A DNA stretch of 59,624 nucleotides, filler included. It is 5 parts of 5 records of this genome, joined end to end, with 100 filler letters (N's around TTAATTAATTAA, not from the genome) between each part and the next. Parts side by side here need not be neighbours in the genome. Positions count along the whole stretch, not along the records: positions 21,449 to 30,082 come from DRR723986_17152; positions 30,183 to 35,747 come from DRR723986_17156; positions 35,848 to 59,624 come from DRR723986_17158; 2 more parts are not named here. One strand, written 5' to 3'. Below, piece after piece: positions 28,531 through 38,534 of the stretch. The position numbers and the translations under genes are program-made. Each line of letters begins with the position of its first letter. The stretch's first letter is position 1. The notes beneath the pieces were generated by a model that had not been told where the DNA came from, made no database searches, and saw only the letters and a program-made list of their open reading frames with translations.

Positions 28531-29799
28531 ATGGCTCTCAAGACCGTCAAAGGCACACGTGATATTCTGCCCGATGAATCGTGGCAGTGGCAAAACCTCG
28601 AATCCATTCTGGCCGAAGCCTCGCGCCGCAGTGGTTTTGAAGAAATCCGCACGCCCATCTTTGAATTTGCTGAGCTATTTCATCGTGGTGTTGGAACAGA
28701 TAGCGACGCCGTCGGCAAGGAGATGTACGAATTTGTCGATAAAGGTGGTGACCACCTCGCGCTGCGTCCCGAACTCACAGCCTGTGTGGCACGTGCCGTC
28801 CAGCAGAGTACGATGCTCAAGCATCAGGGAACGCTGCGTCTCTGGTATCAGGGGCCTATGTTCCGTCGCGAGCGGCCTGCCAAAGGGCGCTACCGTCAGT
28901 TCCACCAATATGGTGCGGAGCTGATAGGCACGCTCGATCCGGCGGCGGACGTCGAGTGTATATTACTCGCACGGCGCATCATTGAGCAAATTGGACTTAC
29001 GGAATATGCGCTGCACATCAACTCTTTGGGCAGCGCCGGTACGATGCAAACGTATCGCGAGCGATTGACGGAATTCCTGCGTCCGCAGGCCGAAAATCTC
29101 TCAGATGACAGCCGCAGGCGGCTCGACAGCAATCCATTGCGCATCCTCGACTCCAAGGCTCCCGGCGATCAGGCGCTGCTCGAAGGCGCGCCCACGCTCA
29201 GTTCCTGCTGGTCAGATGACGACCGGCGTCACTTTGATCGCGTGCGTGAGCTGCTCGAAACTCTGGGCGTGCCGTACACTTTGAACGATCGCCTGGTGCG
29301 TGGCCTGGACTATTACCGGCACACGACGTTTGAATACCTGACGGACAAGCTTGGTGCGCAGAATGCCATTGGCGGCGGCGGACGTTACGATGGAATTGCC
29401 ACCCAGTTCGGCGGCGACGATTTTGCGGGTGTAGGCCTCGCGTTTGGCATCGAACGTCTTCTGATGCTTCTGGAAGAAGAGGGCAAAAATTTGGGCAGCA
29501 AACCGGCTCCGACGCTGTACATTGCCGCTCGAGATGACTCCGACAGAACTCTCACCTATCAGCTTGCTGAGCAGTTACGTGCCGCCGGCATTTCCGTTGT
29601 GGGCGATCTCCAGAGCCGTTCCATAAAGGCCCAGATGCGCGAAGCCAATCGTTTTGGCACCACTTTCTCGATCGTTATTGGCGAGACTGAGCGCACATCT
29701 CGCACTTGCCACGTCAAACACATGGCCTCGGGCGAAAATATCGAATCCAGTTTTGAGGATCTTGCTTCTAAAATTCTGCAGCGCCTTTCCCAGGATTGA
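28531..29799 (+). CDS. hisS: Histidine--tRNA ligase
   Basis: KGTRD, LRPELT, FRRERPAKGRYRQFHQ, LVRGLDYY, GGGRYDG, AFGIER. Confidence 0.98.
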   Translation: MALKTVKGTRDILPDESWQWQNLESILAEASRRSGFEEIRTPIFEFAELFHRGVGTDSDAVGKEMYEFVDKGGDHLALRPELTACVARAVQQSTMLKHQGTLRLWYQGPMFRRERPAKGRYRQFHQYGAELIGTLDPAADVECILLARRIIEQIGLTEYALHINSLGSAGTMQTYRERLTEFLRPQAENLSDDSRRRLDSNPLRILDSKAPGDQALLEGAPTLSSCWSDDDRRHFDRVRELLETLGVPYTLNDRLVRGLDYYRHTTFEYLTDKLGAQNAIGGGGRYDGIATQFGGDDFAGVGLAFGIERLLMLLEEEGKNLGSKPAPTLYIAARDDSDRTLTYQLAEQLRAAGISVVGDLQSRSIKAQMREANRFGTTFSIVIGETERTSRTCHVKHMASGENIESSFEDLASKILQRLSQD

Positions 29800-29805
29800 T
29801 TGAAG

Positions 29806-29901
29806 GAGAATCAGCGGAATTATCGCCGGAATTCTCAGCGAAATCACCAGCTGATTCAGCGGCGAAAATATCACTGGAATTCACATCAAAATCGCCACCA
29901 G
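29806..29901. repeat. Degenerate 12-bp tandem repeat (~8 units) after hisS
   Basis: AATTATCGCCGG, AATTCTCAGCGA, AATCACCAGCTG, ATTCAGCGGCGA, AAATATCACTGG, AATTCACATCAA, AATCGCCACCAG in register. Confidence 0.55.
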
Positions 29902-29960
29902 TTTTCTGAGGGCTTGACGCTTCGCCTCCCACTTCAGCCCTGCATTTGCATTTGTGCTTT

Positions 29961-30082
29961 GCGGTTGGGCTTGCTTTTTCCTCTTGTTAGTTGATGAGCC
30001 GGACTGCTGTAGTCTGTGAGTCTGTTCTTGAGTGTAATTACACGAGGCTGTTAGCCTAAGGCTGTTAGCTTTCAGACTCACC
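29961..30082 (+). repeat. Copy of the dispersed intergenic repeat with a terminal hairpin
   Basis: Matches 675-694 (reverse complement, 20/20), 49021-49051 (25/31) and 21451-21471 (20/21); GTGAGTCTG (30016-30024) / CAGACTCAC (30073-30081) inverted repeat. Confidence 0.75.
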
Positions 30083-30182
30083 NNNNNNNNNNNNNNNNNN
30101 NNNNNNNNNNNNNNNNNNNNNNNNNNTTAATTAATTAANNNNNNNNNNNNNNNNNNNNNNNNNNNNNNNNNNNNNNNNNNNN
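30083..30182. other. Artificial contig spacer
   Basis: 44 N + TTAATTAATTAA + 44 N. Confidence 0.98.
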
Positions 30183-30184
30183 CC

Positions 30185-32635
30185 GACAAGGAATACCAGA
30201 TCATGCGCAACGCCTCGCTCGCGGTGCTGCGCGAGATCGGGGTAGAGACCGGCGGTTCCAATGTGCAGTTCGGCCAGGATCCGGAAACCGGGCGCATGGT
30301 GGTTATCGAGATGAACCCGCGGGTTTCCCGGTCGTCTGCGCTGGCCTCAAAGGCCACGGGCTTCCCGATCGCCAAGGTCGCTGCCAAGCTGGCGGTGGGC
30401 TATACCCTCGACGAACTGCAGAACGACATCACCGGCGGTGCGACCCCGGCGTCCTTCGAGCCGGCTATCGACTACGTGGTCACCAAGATCCCGCGCTTCG
30501 CCTTCGAAAAGTTCAATGCCGCCGATTCCCGGCTCACCACCCAGATGAAATCGGTGGGCGAGGTCATGGCGATCGGCCGCACGTTCCAGGAGTCCCTGCA
30601 GAAAGCGCTGCGCGGCCTGGAAGTGGGCTCCAGCGGTTTCGAGCACATGATGGATGTGGAAAATCCCGATCTGCGCGATGAGTTGCGCGGGGAGCTGATC
30701 AATCCGCGCCCGGATCGTATCTGGTACATCGGTGACGCTTTCCGCGCCGGCATGGATATCGATGAGGTGTACAAGCTGTCCGGCGTCGACCCCTGGTTCC
30801 TGGTGCAGATAGAAGACATCGTGCGCACCGAGGACAGCCTGAAGACGGTCAGCCTCGCTGAGCTCGACCGCGATGCCATGTTCCGGCTCAAGCGCAAGGG
30901 CTTTGCCGACGCCCGTCTCGCTGTCTTGTTGGCGGTGACCGAGGCGGAGGTACGCCGCCATCGCCGCGAGCTGGGCATTCGCCCGGTCTACAAGCGGGTG
31001 GATACCTGTGCCGCGGAATTCGCCTCGGCCACCGCCTATATGTACTCGACCTACGAGGAAGAGTGTGAGGCAGCGCCCACCGACCGGGACAAGATCCTGG
31101 TCATTGGCGGCGGCCCGAACCGGATCGGCCAGGGCATCGAGTTTGATTACTGCTGTGTGCACGCGGCCCTTGCCATGCGCGAGGACGGTTACGAGGCCAT
31201 CATGGTCAACTGTAACCCCGAGACCGTGTCTACCGACTACGACACCTCAGACCGGCTGTATTTCGAGCCGGTGACCCTGGAAGATGTACTGGCGATCGTC
31301 GAGTTGGAACAGCCCAAGGGGGTGATCGTGCAGTTCGGTGGACAGACGCCGCTGAAACTGGCCCGGGCTCTCGAGGCCGAGGGCGTCCCGATTATCGGCA
31401 CGACCCCGGATGCGATCGACGAGGCTGAGGATCGCGAGCGCTTCCAGGCCATGATCAACAAACTTGGCCTCAAGCAGCCGGCCAACACCACGGTGCGCAG
31501 CGCCGAGGCGGCGCTGGAGGCGGCGGAGCTGATCGGCTACCCGCTGGTCGTGCGGCCATCCTACGTACTTGGCGGTCGCGCCATGGAGATCGTCTACCGG
31601 GAAGAGGACCTGCAGCGCTATATGCGGGACGCGGTGCGGGTCTCTGACGATGCGCCGGTGCTGCTGGACAGCTTTCTCAGTGCCGCGATCGAGGTTGATA
31701 TCGACGCGGTGAGCGACGGCACCCAGGTGGTGATCGGCGCCATCATGCAACATATCGAGCAGGCCGGGGTGCACTCGGGCGATTCCGCCTGTTCGCTGCC
31801 GCCCTATAGCCTGCCGGCAGCGGTGCAGGACCAGATGCGCGAGCAGGTGGCGCGGATGGCGCTGGAGCTTGGCGTTTGTGGCCTGATGAATGTGCAGCTG
31901 GCCTGGCAGGACGACGAGATTTACGTGATCGAGGTGAACCCCCGGGCTTCCCGCACGGTGCCCTTCGTCTCGAAATGTATCGGGGTTTCGCTGGCCAAGG
32001 TCGCCGCCCGCTGCATGGCAGGTACCTCACTCGCGGAACAGGGCTTCACCCGGGAGGTGGTACCGCCTTTCTTCAGCGTGAAGGAAGCCGTCCTGCCATT
32101 TAACAAGTTCCCGGGTGTTGACCCGATCCTCGGCCCGGAGATGAAGTCGACCGGCGAGGTCATGGGCACCGGTGATACGTTCGCCAGCGCCTTCGCCAAG
32201 GCCCAGCTGGCAGCGGGGGATCCGCCGCCGCGGTCCGGCACCGCGCTGATCAGTGTCCGCGATGTGGACAAGCCCGGCGCTGTAGCGGTAGCCCGTGAGC
32301 TGGTTGCCCTCGGATTTTCCCTTGCCGCCACCGGTGGCACGGCGAACGCGCTGGAGGCCGCTGGCCTGGCTGTGCGGCGCGTGAACAAGGTTCTCGAGGG
32401 CCGGCCGCACATCGTCGACATGATCAAGAATGACGAGGCCGACCTGATTATCAACACCACCGAGGGCCGGCGCGCGATCGCCGACTCGGCGCCGATCCGG
32501 GCCAGTGCCGAGGCACACCGGGTGTTCTACACTACGACTCTGGCAGCAGCGGAGGCGGTCGCCATGTCCCTGAAACTGGAAGGGGACAAGACGGTGCGTC
32601 GGCTGCAGGATCTGCACGGGAGCATAGTGGCATGA
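30185..32635 (+). CDS. carB: Carbamoyl-phosphate synthase large subunit (5'-truncated)
   Basis: [77 protein letters not shown]-like domain. Confidence 0.98.
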   Translation, partial: DKEYQIMRNASLAVLREIGVETGGSNVQFGQDPETGRMVVIEMNPRVSRSSALASKATGFPIAKVAAKLAVGYTLDELQNDITGGATPASFEPAIDYVVTKIPRFAFEKFNAADSRLTTQMKSVGEVMAIGRTFQESLQKALRGLEVGSSGFEHMMDVENPDLRDELRGELINPRPDRIWYIGDAFRAGMDIDEVYKLSGVDPWFLVQIEDIVRTEDSLKTVSLAELDRDAMFRLKRKGFADARLAVLLAVTEAEVRRHRRELGIRPVYKRVDTCAAEFASATAYMYSTYEEECEAAPTDRDKILVIGGGPNRIGQGIEFDYCCVHAALAMREDGYEAIMVNCNPETVSTDYDTSDRLYFEPVTLEDVLAIVELEQPKGVIVQFGGQTPLKLARALEAEGVPIIGTTPDAIDEAEDRERFQAMINKLGLKQPANTTVRSAEAALEAAELIGYPLVVRPSYVLGGRAMEIVYREEDLQRYMRDAVRVSDDAPVLLDSFLSAAIEVDIDAVSDGTQVVIGAIMQHIEQAGVHSGDSACSLPPYSLPAAVQDQMREQVARMALELGVCGLMNVQLAWQDDEIYVIEVNPRASRTVPFVSKCIGVSLAKVAARCMAGTSLAEQGFTREVVPPFFSVKEAVLPFNKFPGVDPILGPEMKSTGEVMGTGDTFASAFAKAQLAAGDPPPRSGTALISVRDVDKPGAVAVARELVALGFSLAATGGTANALEAAGLAVRRVNKVLEGRPHIVDMIKNDEADLIINTTEGRRAIADSAPIRASAEAHRVFYTTTLAAAEAVAMSLKLEGDKTVRRLQDLHGSIVA

Positions 32636-33108
32636 GCAAGGTACCCATGACCGTTAGCGGCGAGGCCGCCCTGCGGCAGGAGCTGGAGCGCCTCAAGAAA
32701 GACGAGCGCCCGCGGATTACCCAGGCGATTGCCGAAGCCCGCGAACATGGTGATCTCAAGGAGAATGCCGAATACCACGCGGCCCGCGAGCAGCAGAGTT
32801 TTGTCGAGGGCAGGATCATGGAGATCGAGGGCAAACTGGGCAACGCCCAGGTAATCGACGTGACCAAAATTTCCAAGACCGGCAAGGTGATTTTCGGCAC
32901 CACGGTTGACCTGATCAACGTCGATAATGACAACACGGTGACCTACCGGATCGTCGGAGATGATGAGGCCAACGTAAAAGCAAACCTGATCTCGATAAGC
33001 TCGCCCATCGCCCGCGCCCTGATCGGCAAGGAAGAGGGTGACGTGGTCGTGGTCAGGGCCCCCGGCGGCGACATCGAGTACGAGATCGACCAGGTCCGCC
33101 ACATCTGA
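32632..33108 (+). CDS. greA: Transcription elongation factor GreA
   Basis: [28 protein letters not shown]; follows carB. Confidence 0.97.
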   Translation: MSKVPMTVSGEAALRQELERLKKDERPRITQAIAEAREHGDLKENAEYHAAREQQSFVEGRIMEIEGKLGNAQVIDVTKISKTGKVIFGTTVDLINVDNDNTVTYRIVGDDEANVKANLISISSPIARALIGKEEGDVVVVRAPGGDIEYEIDQVRHI

Positions 33109-33258
33109 GTGCCCCGCCCGGGGTCCGGGCCAGAACAAAGCTATTCTCTCTGGATCAAGCCGCACCAGCGCGATTCGCGCCGTCTTGAGTCTGCAGCCTG
33201 GCGGTTGCCGGGAACCCGCTGTCCCGTCTGCTGTTCCGAGTGGTCGACCAGCGGTGGC

Positions 33259-33603
33259 TCAGTCCGTCCGCTCGTGCTGGAACAGCTTGACCTCCGCCAG
33301 CACCAGCTGGGCTACCAGTTTCAGCATCAGGGCGTGGTTTTCCTTGCGAATCCCGGCAAGCCCGGTATTGATCTGGCGATACAGCGACTGTGCCTCCTCG
33401 CCGGTCAGGCTGGTGGGTAGTTCGACACTGAAGCTGTATTGTTCCGATTCGCGCAATTCTGCATAGATGCGGGTCAGCTCGGCGGCGGTGAAGTCGATCA
33501 GCTGCTGGTCGGCGCCGCGGGCTTCCAGCAGCTTGCGCAGCTCCCGGTCGAGGTAGGCCAGGCCTTTGGCCTGCTGCGATGGGAACTCGAGGATGTCGCC
33601 CAT
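33259..33603 (-). CDS. Hypothetical helical protein
   Basis: 114-aa ORF with host-like codons, MGDILEFP start; co-oriented with yhbY. Confidence 0.65.
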   Translation of the reverse strand: MGDILEFPSQQAKGLAYLDRELRKLLEARGADQQLIDFTAAELTRIYAELRESEQYSFSVELPTSLTGEEAQSLYRQINTGLAGIRKENHALMLKLVAQLVLAEVKLFQHERTD

Positions 33604-33673
33604 GAAATACCCGGTTTGGCTGCTCAGTGCCCCATCATAGCCAAGCCCCCGGGGGGAGAGAAGGGCGCCCGGC

Positions 33674-33985
33674 TTACAGGGTGCGAATCAGGTTGGATTT
33701 GCGTGGGTCGGGCTGGGCAGTACGGCGCAGGACCAGGACGACATTGCCGATGCTCTGGACCACCTCGGCGCCAGCCCGCTCACACAGCTCTTCGGTCACG
33801 GCTGTGCGCGCCTCACGGCTGCCAACGGCGAGCTTGATCTTGATCAGCTCGTGGTCGTTCAGTGCGCGTTCGATTTCACCGATCACACCGTCACTCAGGC
33901 CGTTGCCGGCCACGGTAACCACCGGCTTCAGCTTGTGGCCGATGGCGCGCAGCTGCTTGATGTCAGGGGTGGCTCTCTTGCTCAT
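33674..33985 (-). CDS. yhbY: YhbY-family CRM RNA-binding protein
   Basis: LRAIGHKLKPVVTVAGNGLS, HELIKIK, VQSIGNV; divergent from rlmE. Confidence 0.95.
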   Translation of the reverse strand: MSKRATPDIKQLRAIGHKLKPVVTVAGNGLSDGVIGEIERALNDHELIKIKLAVGSREARTAVTEELCERAGAEVVQSIGNVVLVLRRTAQPDPRKSNLIRTL

Positions 33986-34067
33986 GTTGATTCCAAGTTA
34001 CAATAGCGGATTCCCGGGGGCGCGAAGTTTACACCAGCGCCCCGTTCCCTGAAACGGTTACCACCCC

Positions 34068-34694
34068 ATGGCGAAGAAACGATCCTCCAGCAAGGCCTGG
34101 CTCAAGGAACATCGCGAGGACCCCTATGTGCAGCAGGCCCTGCGCGAGGGCTATCGTTCCCGCGCCTGTTATAAGCTGCTGGAGCTACAGGAAAAAGATC
34201 GCCTGATCCGGCCGGGGATGACCGTGCTCGATCTCGGCAGTGCGCCGGGGGGCTGGTCGCAGGTCGCGGCCGAGCTGGTGGGGCACAACGGGCGGGTGAT
34301 AGCCTCGGATATCCTGCCGATGGACAGTCTCGCCGGGGTGGAGTTTATCCAGGGGGATTTCACCGAGGACGCCGTGTTCGAGCAACTGCTGGCGGTGCTG
34401 GGCGATTCCCCGGTGGATATCGTGCTCTCTGATATGGCGCCCAATATGAGTGGCGTGACCGCGGTGGACCAGCCCCGCGCTATCTACCTGGTGGAACTGG
34501 CGCTGGATATGGCGCGCCGGGTTCTGGCCCCGGGAGGGTCATTTGTGGCCAAAGTGTTTCACGGAGAGGGCTTCGATGAGCTGTTTCGCGAGTGTCGGGA
34601 GAGCTTCGACAAGGTGCTGACCCGCAAACCGCAGGCCTCACGGCCCCGTTCCCGCGAGGTCTACATGGTGGCCAGGGATTTCCGCGGGGCTTGA
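34068..34694 (+). CDS. rlmE: 23S rRNA Um2552 methyltransferase RlmE (FtsJ)
   Basis: [40 protein letters not shown]. Confidence 0.97.
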   Translation: MAKKRSSSKAWLKEHREDPYVQQALREGYRSRACYKLLELQEKDRLIRPGMTVLDLGSAPGGWSQVAAELVGHNGRVIASDILPMDSLAGVEFIQGDFTEDAVFEQLLAVLGDSPVDIVLSDMAPNMSGVTAVDQPRAIYLVELALDMARRVLAPGGSFVAKVFHGEGFDELFRECRESFDKVLTRKPQASRPRSREVYMVARDFRGA

Positions 34695-34878
34695 AATCTG
34701 GAGTGCCCGCCCCATCTATCGTATAGTGAGGGTATCCATTTCCCGCCAACGTGCGTATCCATACTCAGGGCAGGGTCACCTTGTCATCCCCTGCACAGTC
34801 ACTGCGGCCGATCCGGCTATAATTGAGGAGCTTAGCTGTCATAACCGCCCGGAGCGGTGAATCCGTGAGGTAACAGCA

Positions 34879-35747
34879 TTGAACGATATGGCTAAAAATT
34901 TACTTTTATGGCTCGTGATTGCCGCGGTACTGCTGTCGGTATTCAACAATTTCAATATGCAGAGCCCGACCGAGCAAGTGGGCTACTCCGACTTCATCGA
35001 GGAGATTCAGCGCGACCAGATCAAGAAAGTGGTCGTTGACGGACTCACGATCAGCGGTGAGCGCTTCGACGGCTCCCGGTTCGAAACGATCCGGCCGATG
35101 GTCGAGGATCCCAGGCTGATCGATGACCTGCTGACCCACAACGTGGAAGTTGAGGGCCGCAAACCAGAGCAGCAGAGCGTCTGGACCCAGCTGCTGGTAG
35201 CGAGCTTCCCGATCCTGATCATCATCGCCGTGTTCATGTTCTTCATGCGTCAGATGCAAGGTGGCGCGGGAGGCCGCGGCGGCCCGATGAGCTTCGGCAA
35301 GAGCAAGGCCCGGCTGCTCGGGGAAGACCAGATTACGACGACCTTCGCCGATGTGGCGGGTGTCGATGAGGCCAAGGAAGATGTTCAGGAACTGGTCGAA
35401 TTCCTGCGCGACCCCAGCCGTTTCCAGAAGCTGGGTGGCCGGATTCCCCGTGGTGTCCTGATGGTAGGCCAGCCCGGTACCGGTAAGACCTTGCTGGCCA
35501 AGGCAATCGCCGGCGAAGCCAAGGTGCCGTTCTTCTCCATTTCCGGCTCGGATTTCGTCGAGATGTTTGTCGGCGTGGGTGCGTCCCGGGTCCGCGATAT
35601 GTTCGACCAGGCCAAGAAGCAGGCTCCCTGTATTATCTTCATTGACGAGATCGATGCGGTTGGTCGTCACCGGGGCGCCGGTCTCGGCGGCGGGCACGAC
35701 GAACGCGAACAGACCCTGAACCAGCTGCTGGTCGAGATGGACGGCTT
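34879..35747 (+). CDS. ftsH: ATP-dependent zinc metalloprotease FtsH (3'-truncated)
   Basis: [47 protein letters not shown]; runs into the spacer. Confidence 0.98.
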
Positions 35748-35847
35748 NNNNNNNNNNNNNNNNNNNNNNNNNNNNNNNNNNNNNNNNNNNNTTAATTAAT
35801 TAANNNNNNNNNNNNNNNNNNNNNNNNNNNNNNNNNNNNNNNNNNNN
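35748..35847. other. Artificial contig spacer
   Basis: 44 N + TTAATTAATTAA + 44 N. Confidence 0.98.
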
Positions 35848-35988
35848 TCCATTGCCCCGTACCTGGATGCTGGCTGATGCCGGTACGTCGGTTCGTTAAC
35901 AAAAGCTCAGTCAAGCTGCTGCCAACTGAAAGTCTGGCCCTTGGCTACAATACTTAAACAGCTGTTGTATGTGGTCCAGAGGATTAAC

Positions 35989-37041
35989 TTAGTCGCCACC
36001 CTGGGACTGTTGTAGCTGGCGACGGACAAGATCGACCATGGCGTCGGACTCAATGATAACTCGGCTGGGATTTTTGCCGTCAATACGTACCATTTTGTTA
36101 AACAAGGAAAGTGGGAACTGCAGCTTAACACCGTCGGCGTACACGTCAACGCGGGTGCGACGCTGCAAAATTTTGATATCGGGCTGGAAGTCGTCGGGGA
36201 CTTCGTAGCCATTGTTATCGGCAAATTCGGTCATCGCATTTTCGTCGCCGTAAATATCCTGCGACATCTGCGAAAGGTTAACAGTCTTTTGAGGTGCGTT
36301 TTTGGCAGCGTTCGTAGCGTAGTCGAGAACTTTCTCGCGGACAGTTTCCGGTTCCATAATTTCGCCAGTGGCCGGGTCTACAGGACAAGGCAGCCCATCG
36401 ACGATCTCAGTGACGGCGCGGGTGTACGTTGTTTTATTGGCCATGCTCTCCAGATCGGTTGAGAGCCAATCAACAAAATACTCGGAAATATCGCGCAGGC
36501 GTGAATTTTTTGTGAGTGTGAGATATGCGCCCATATTATTTGAATAGCGTACCTTGTCTATACGACAAGCCATCGCTAAACGCTCGGGATCAAGAATGGC
36601 TGTGTCCAACAGTTGCGGAGAAGCAGCGCCGGCCGGGAAGGAAAAACGCAGACCATCCTGCTCGCGCATAAAACAAACAGCCAGGTAATTTCCATCGCCG
36701 GAAGTATAGTCGGCAAAAAGGAGCCAGCCGCCCTTGGCAGCCGGAATCACACCAATATCTTCGGACAGTTCCGTGGAAGCCTGGCGTGTGAATTCGAGAA
36801 AACTATCGGCATGAGAATTGCCGCGGAAATCAAGAAAAAGCTCGGGAAAACGTTTGCCGCCGTAAAGGTCAAATGCTGCGTATGTTAATGAAGGTGAAGT
36901 CGCAAACAGTTCATCACATCCGCTGAGCAGAGCCTCAGATTTTGCGTCAACGGGCATGAGCTCCGAAGAGAGGCGCGCCGTGGAACCAGTTTCGTTAACA
37001 GATTTCTCAATGCGATGGGCTGCAATGTAATTAATGTGCAT
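35989..37041 (-). CDS. Nucleoid-associated protein, YejK/NdpA (NA37)-like family
   Basis: MHINYIAAHRIEK start, AKGGWLLFADY, RLAMACRID, ISEYFVDWL, FQPDIKILQR; ~350 aa. Confidence 0.75.
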   Translation of the reverse strand: MHINYIAAHRIEKSVNETGSTARLSSELMPVDAKSEALLSGCDELFATSPSLTYAAFDLYGGKRFPELFLDFRGNSHADSFLEFTRQASTELSEDIGVIPAAKGGWLLFADYTSGDGNYLAVCFMREQDGLRFSFPAGAASPQLLDTAILDPERLAMACRIDKVRYSNNMGAYLTLTKNSRLRDISEYFVDWLSTDLESMANKTTYTRAVTEIVDGLPCPVDPATGEIMEPETVREKVLDYATNAAKNAPQKTVNLSQMSQDIYGDENAMTEFADNNGYEVPDDFQPDIKILQRRTRVDVYADGVKLQFPLSLFNKMVRIDGKNPSRVIIESDAMVDLVRRQLQQSQGGD

Positions 37042-37172
37042 CGTCACTCTAGTCGGTTTGTTATTGAATGCTTGGAAACGAGGACGCGGGAGCGGAATCT
37101 TCCGGCGCGGCATGGAGCCACTGGTGACGAGTTAGCTTGCGCGTCAGTGTCTGAATTTAGGGGAAAATATCA

Positions 37173-37790
37173 ATGAAACGCGGTAAAAAAGCCAAGGATT
37201 TTGTGCAAATCGGCAAGATCCGGGACGACCATCAGGATATGCAGGCCTTTCTGGATGAGAATTTGCGCTATCCTGAAAAAGCCCGTAAGAACTTGACACA
37301 TGGCACAGTTTACATCGCCTATTCGGTCAATGACGACGGCGTCGTGGCCAATGCGCGCGTGGTGCGTGGAATTGGCGACGGCTGCGATGAAGAAGCGCTG
37401 CGCCTGGTGCGCATGCTCAAGTTCCAGCGCGTCAAAAACCGCAAAGTCAAGGTGCTGGCGAATCGCGAGATAGGTATTCGATTTCAGATTGACAAGCAGT
37501 CCGCTCCAGCCAACAAACCGGCGCAGCCGACCTCGAATCAAACCGTGCAACAGGCGCAGACGTCCAGTCCGATTCCAACGACCGGAGGCATGACGCTGCA
37601 GTATTCCTACGTACCTCAGTCGCCCAGCGCTCAGGCTGCAGACACACCAGCGAACAATCGCAGCAGCGATAGGGCAAATGCTGCCGGGAAAACACAAGAT
37701 ACAGGTGCAAATACAGTCAGTTATACCCTGAACCTGGCACCGGACCTGAGTGGTGAAATCGTCAATGATTCAGACAAAGACAAGCAGTAA
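37173..37790 (+). CDS. TonB C-terminal-domain protein with a low-complexity tail
   Basis: FLDENLRYPEKA...GTVYIAYSV...VVRGIGDGCDEEALRLV. Confidence 0.8.
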   Translation: MKRGKKAKDFVQIGKIRDDHQDMQAFLDENLRYPEKARKNLTHGTVYIAYSVNDDGVVANARVVRGIGDGCDEEALRLVRMLKFQRVKNRKVKVLANREIGIRFQIDKQSAPANKPAQPTSNQTVQQAQTSSPIPTTGGMTLQYSYVPQSPSAQAADTPANNRSSDRANAAGKTQDTGANTVSYTLNLAPDLSGEIVNDSDKDKQ

Positions 37791-37856
37791 ACCCGCTGAG
37801 AATTTCGGAGCAGTATTAAGGTCAGAAACACAATTCTTGGATATTTCCGCAGACAT

Positions 37857-38534
37857 TCAGGGACGCAGCAGCACCATTACAAAGTACAGCGCCTGAGCCG
37901 GAAGAATGTGAAGCAGTGTGGCGGGCAAATTTTTGCGATCAAAAAAACCAAACAAGCGCGCTGTAATACCAAAAATACAGCCCAGAACAAACCAGGCAAT
38001 GTAGTTCTGTAGTGGTGGTGTGCCGCCACTCCAGGTCCAGTAATTGAGTTTGATTGCCACGAATTCAAGCGCAACATCAAACAGCGTCATAATTGCGGCA
38101 ATCAGTAAGATTCGCCACCAGATAGCCAGTGAGGGCAAAAAGCGCTGTACTAAGGCAAAGGCACCAACAAAGGTTGAGAGCCAGGCAAAACCGATAGCTA
38201 GCGGCACCCCCAGAATCTGTGGCTGCAAAACCAGGCCATAACTATACTCACCAAAAACGGCACCGGTTTGTACCCCGATCCATTCGCAGGCCAGAGATAT
38301 GACCAGCACGAGCACCATCCAGATTCTGATGCCGACGCTACCAAGCCCATGCCGCTCAACTTCAAAGACGGTCCAGGCGGCTACAGTTATCAAGAGCGGG
38401 CCGGCCAGGACTGCCATCGTCGATTGTAAAAGGCCAAGCATTTGCCAGAGGCCGCCGGCAAACATTAAGACGTAGAGCGTTAACACCGAAGCCTGGCTGA
38501 GCTGCACAGGACCGCGCAGTGACACGTGTTTCAT
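37857..38534 (-). CDS. cruF: CruF-like carotenoid 1,2-hydratase (carotenoid biosynthesis membrane protein)
   Basis: EWIGVQTGAVFGEYSYG...GVPLAIGFAW...FDVALE...YWTW...PLQNYIAW; ATGA overlap with the glycosyltransferase stop. Confidence 0.8.
   Translation of the reverse strand: MKHVSLRGPVQLSQASVLTLYVLMFAGGLWQMLGLLQSTMAVLAGPLLITVAAWTVFEVERHGLGSVGIRIWMVLVLVISLACEWIGVQTGAVFGEYSYGLVLQPQILGVPLAIGFAWLSTFVGAFALVQRFLPSLAIWWRILLIAAIMTLFDVALEFVAIKLNYWTWSGGTPPLQNYIAWFVLGCIFGITARLFGFFDRKNLPATLLHILPAQALYFVMVLLRP

Noticed and set aside
30127-30387. ORFs that run into or out of the N spacers, and the track's extension of ftsH to 35799
   Set aside because: Artefacts of translating through the linker
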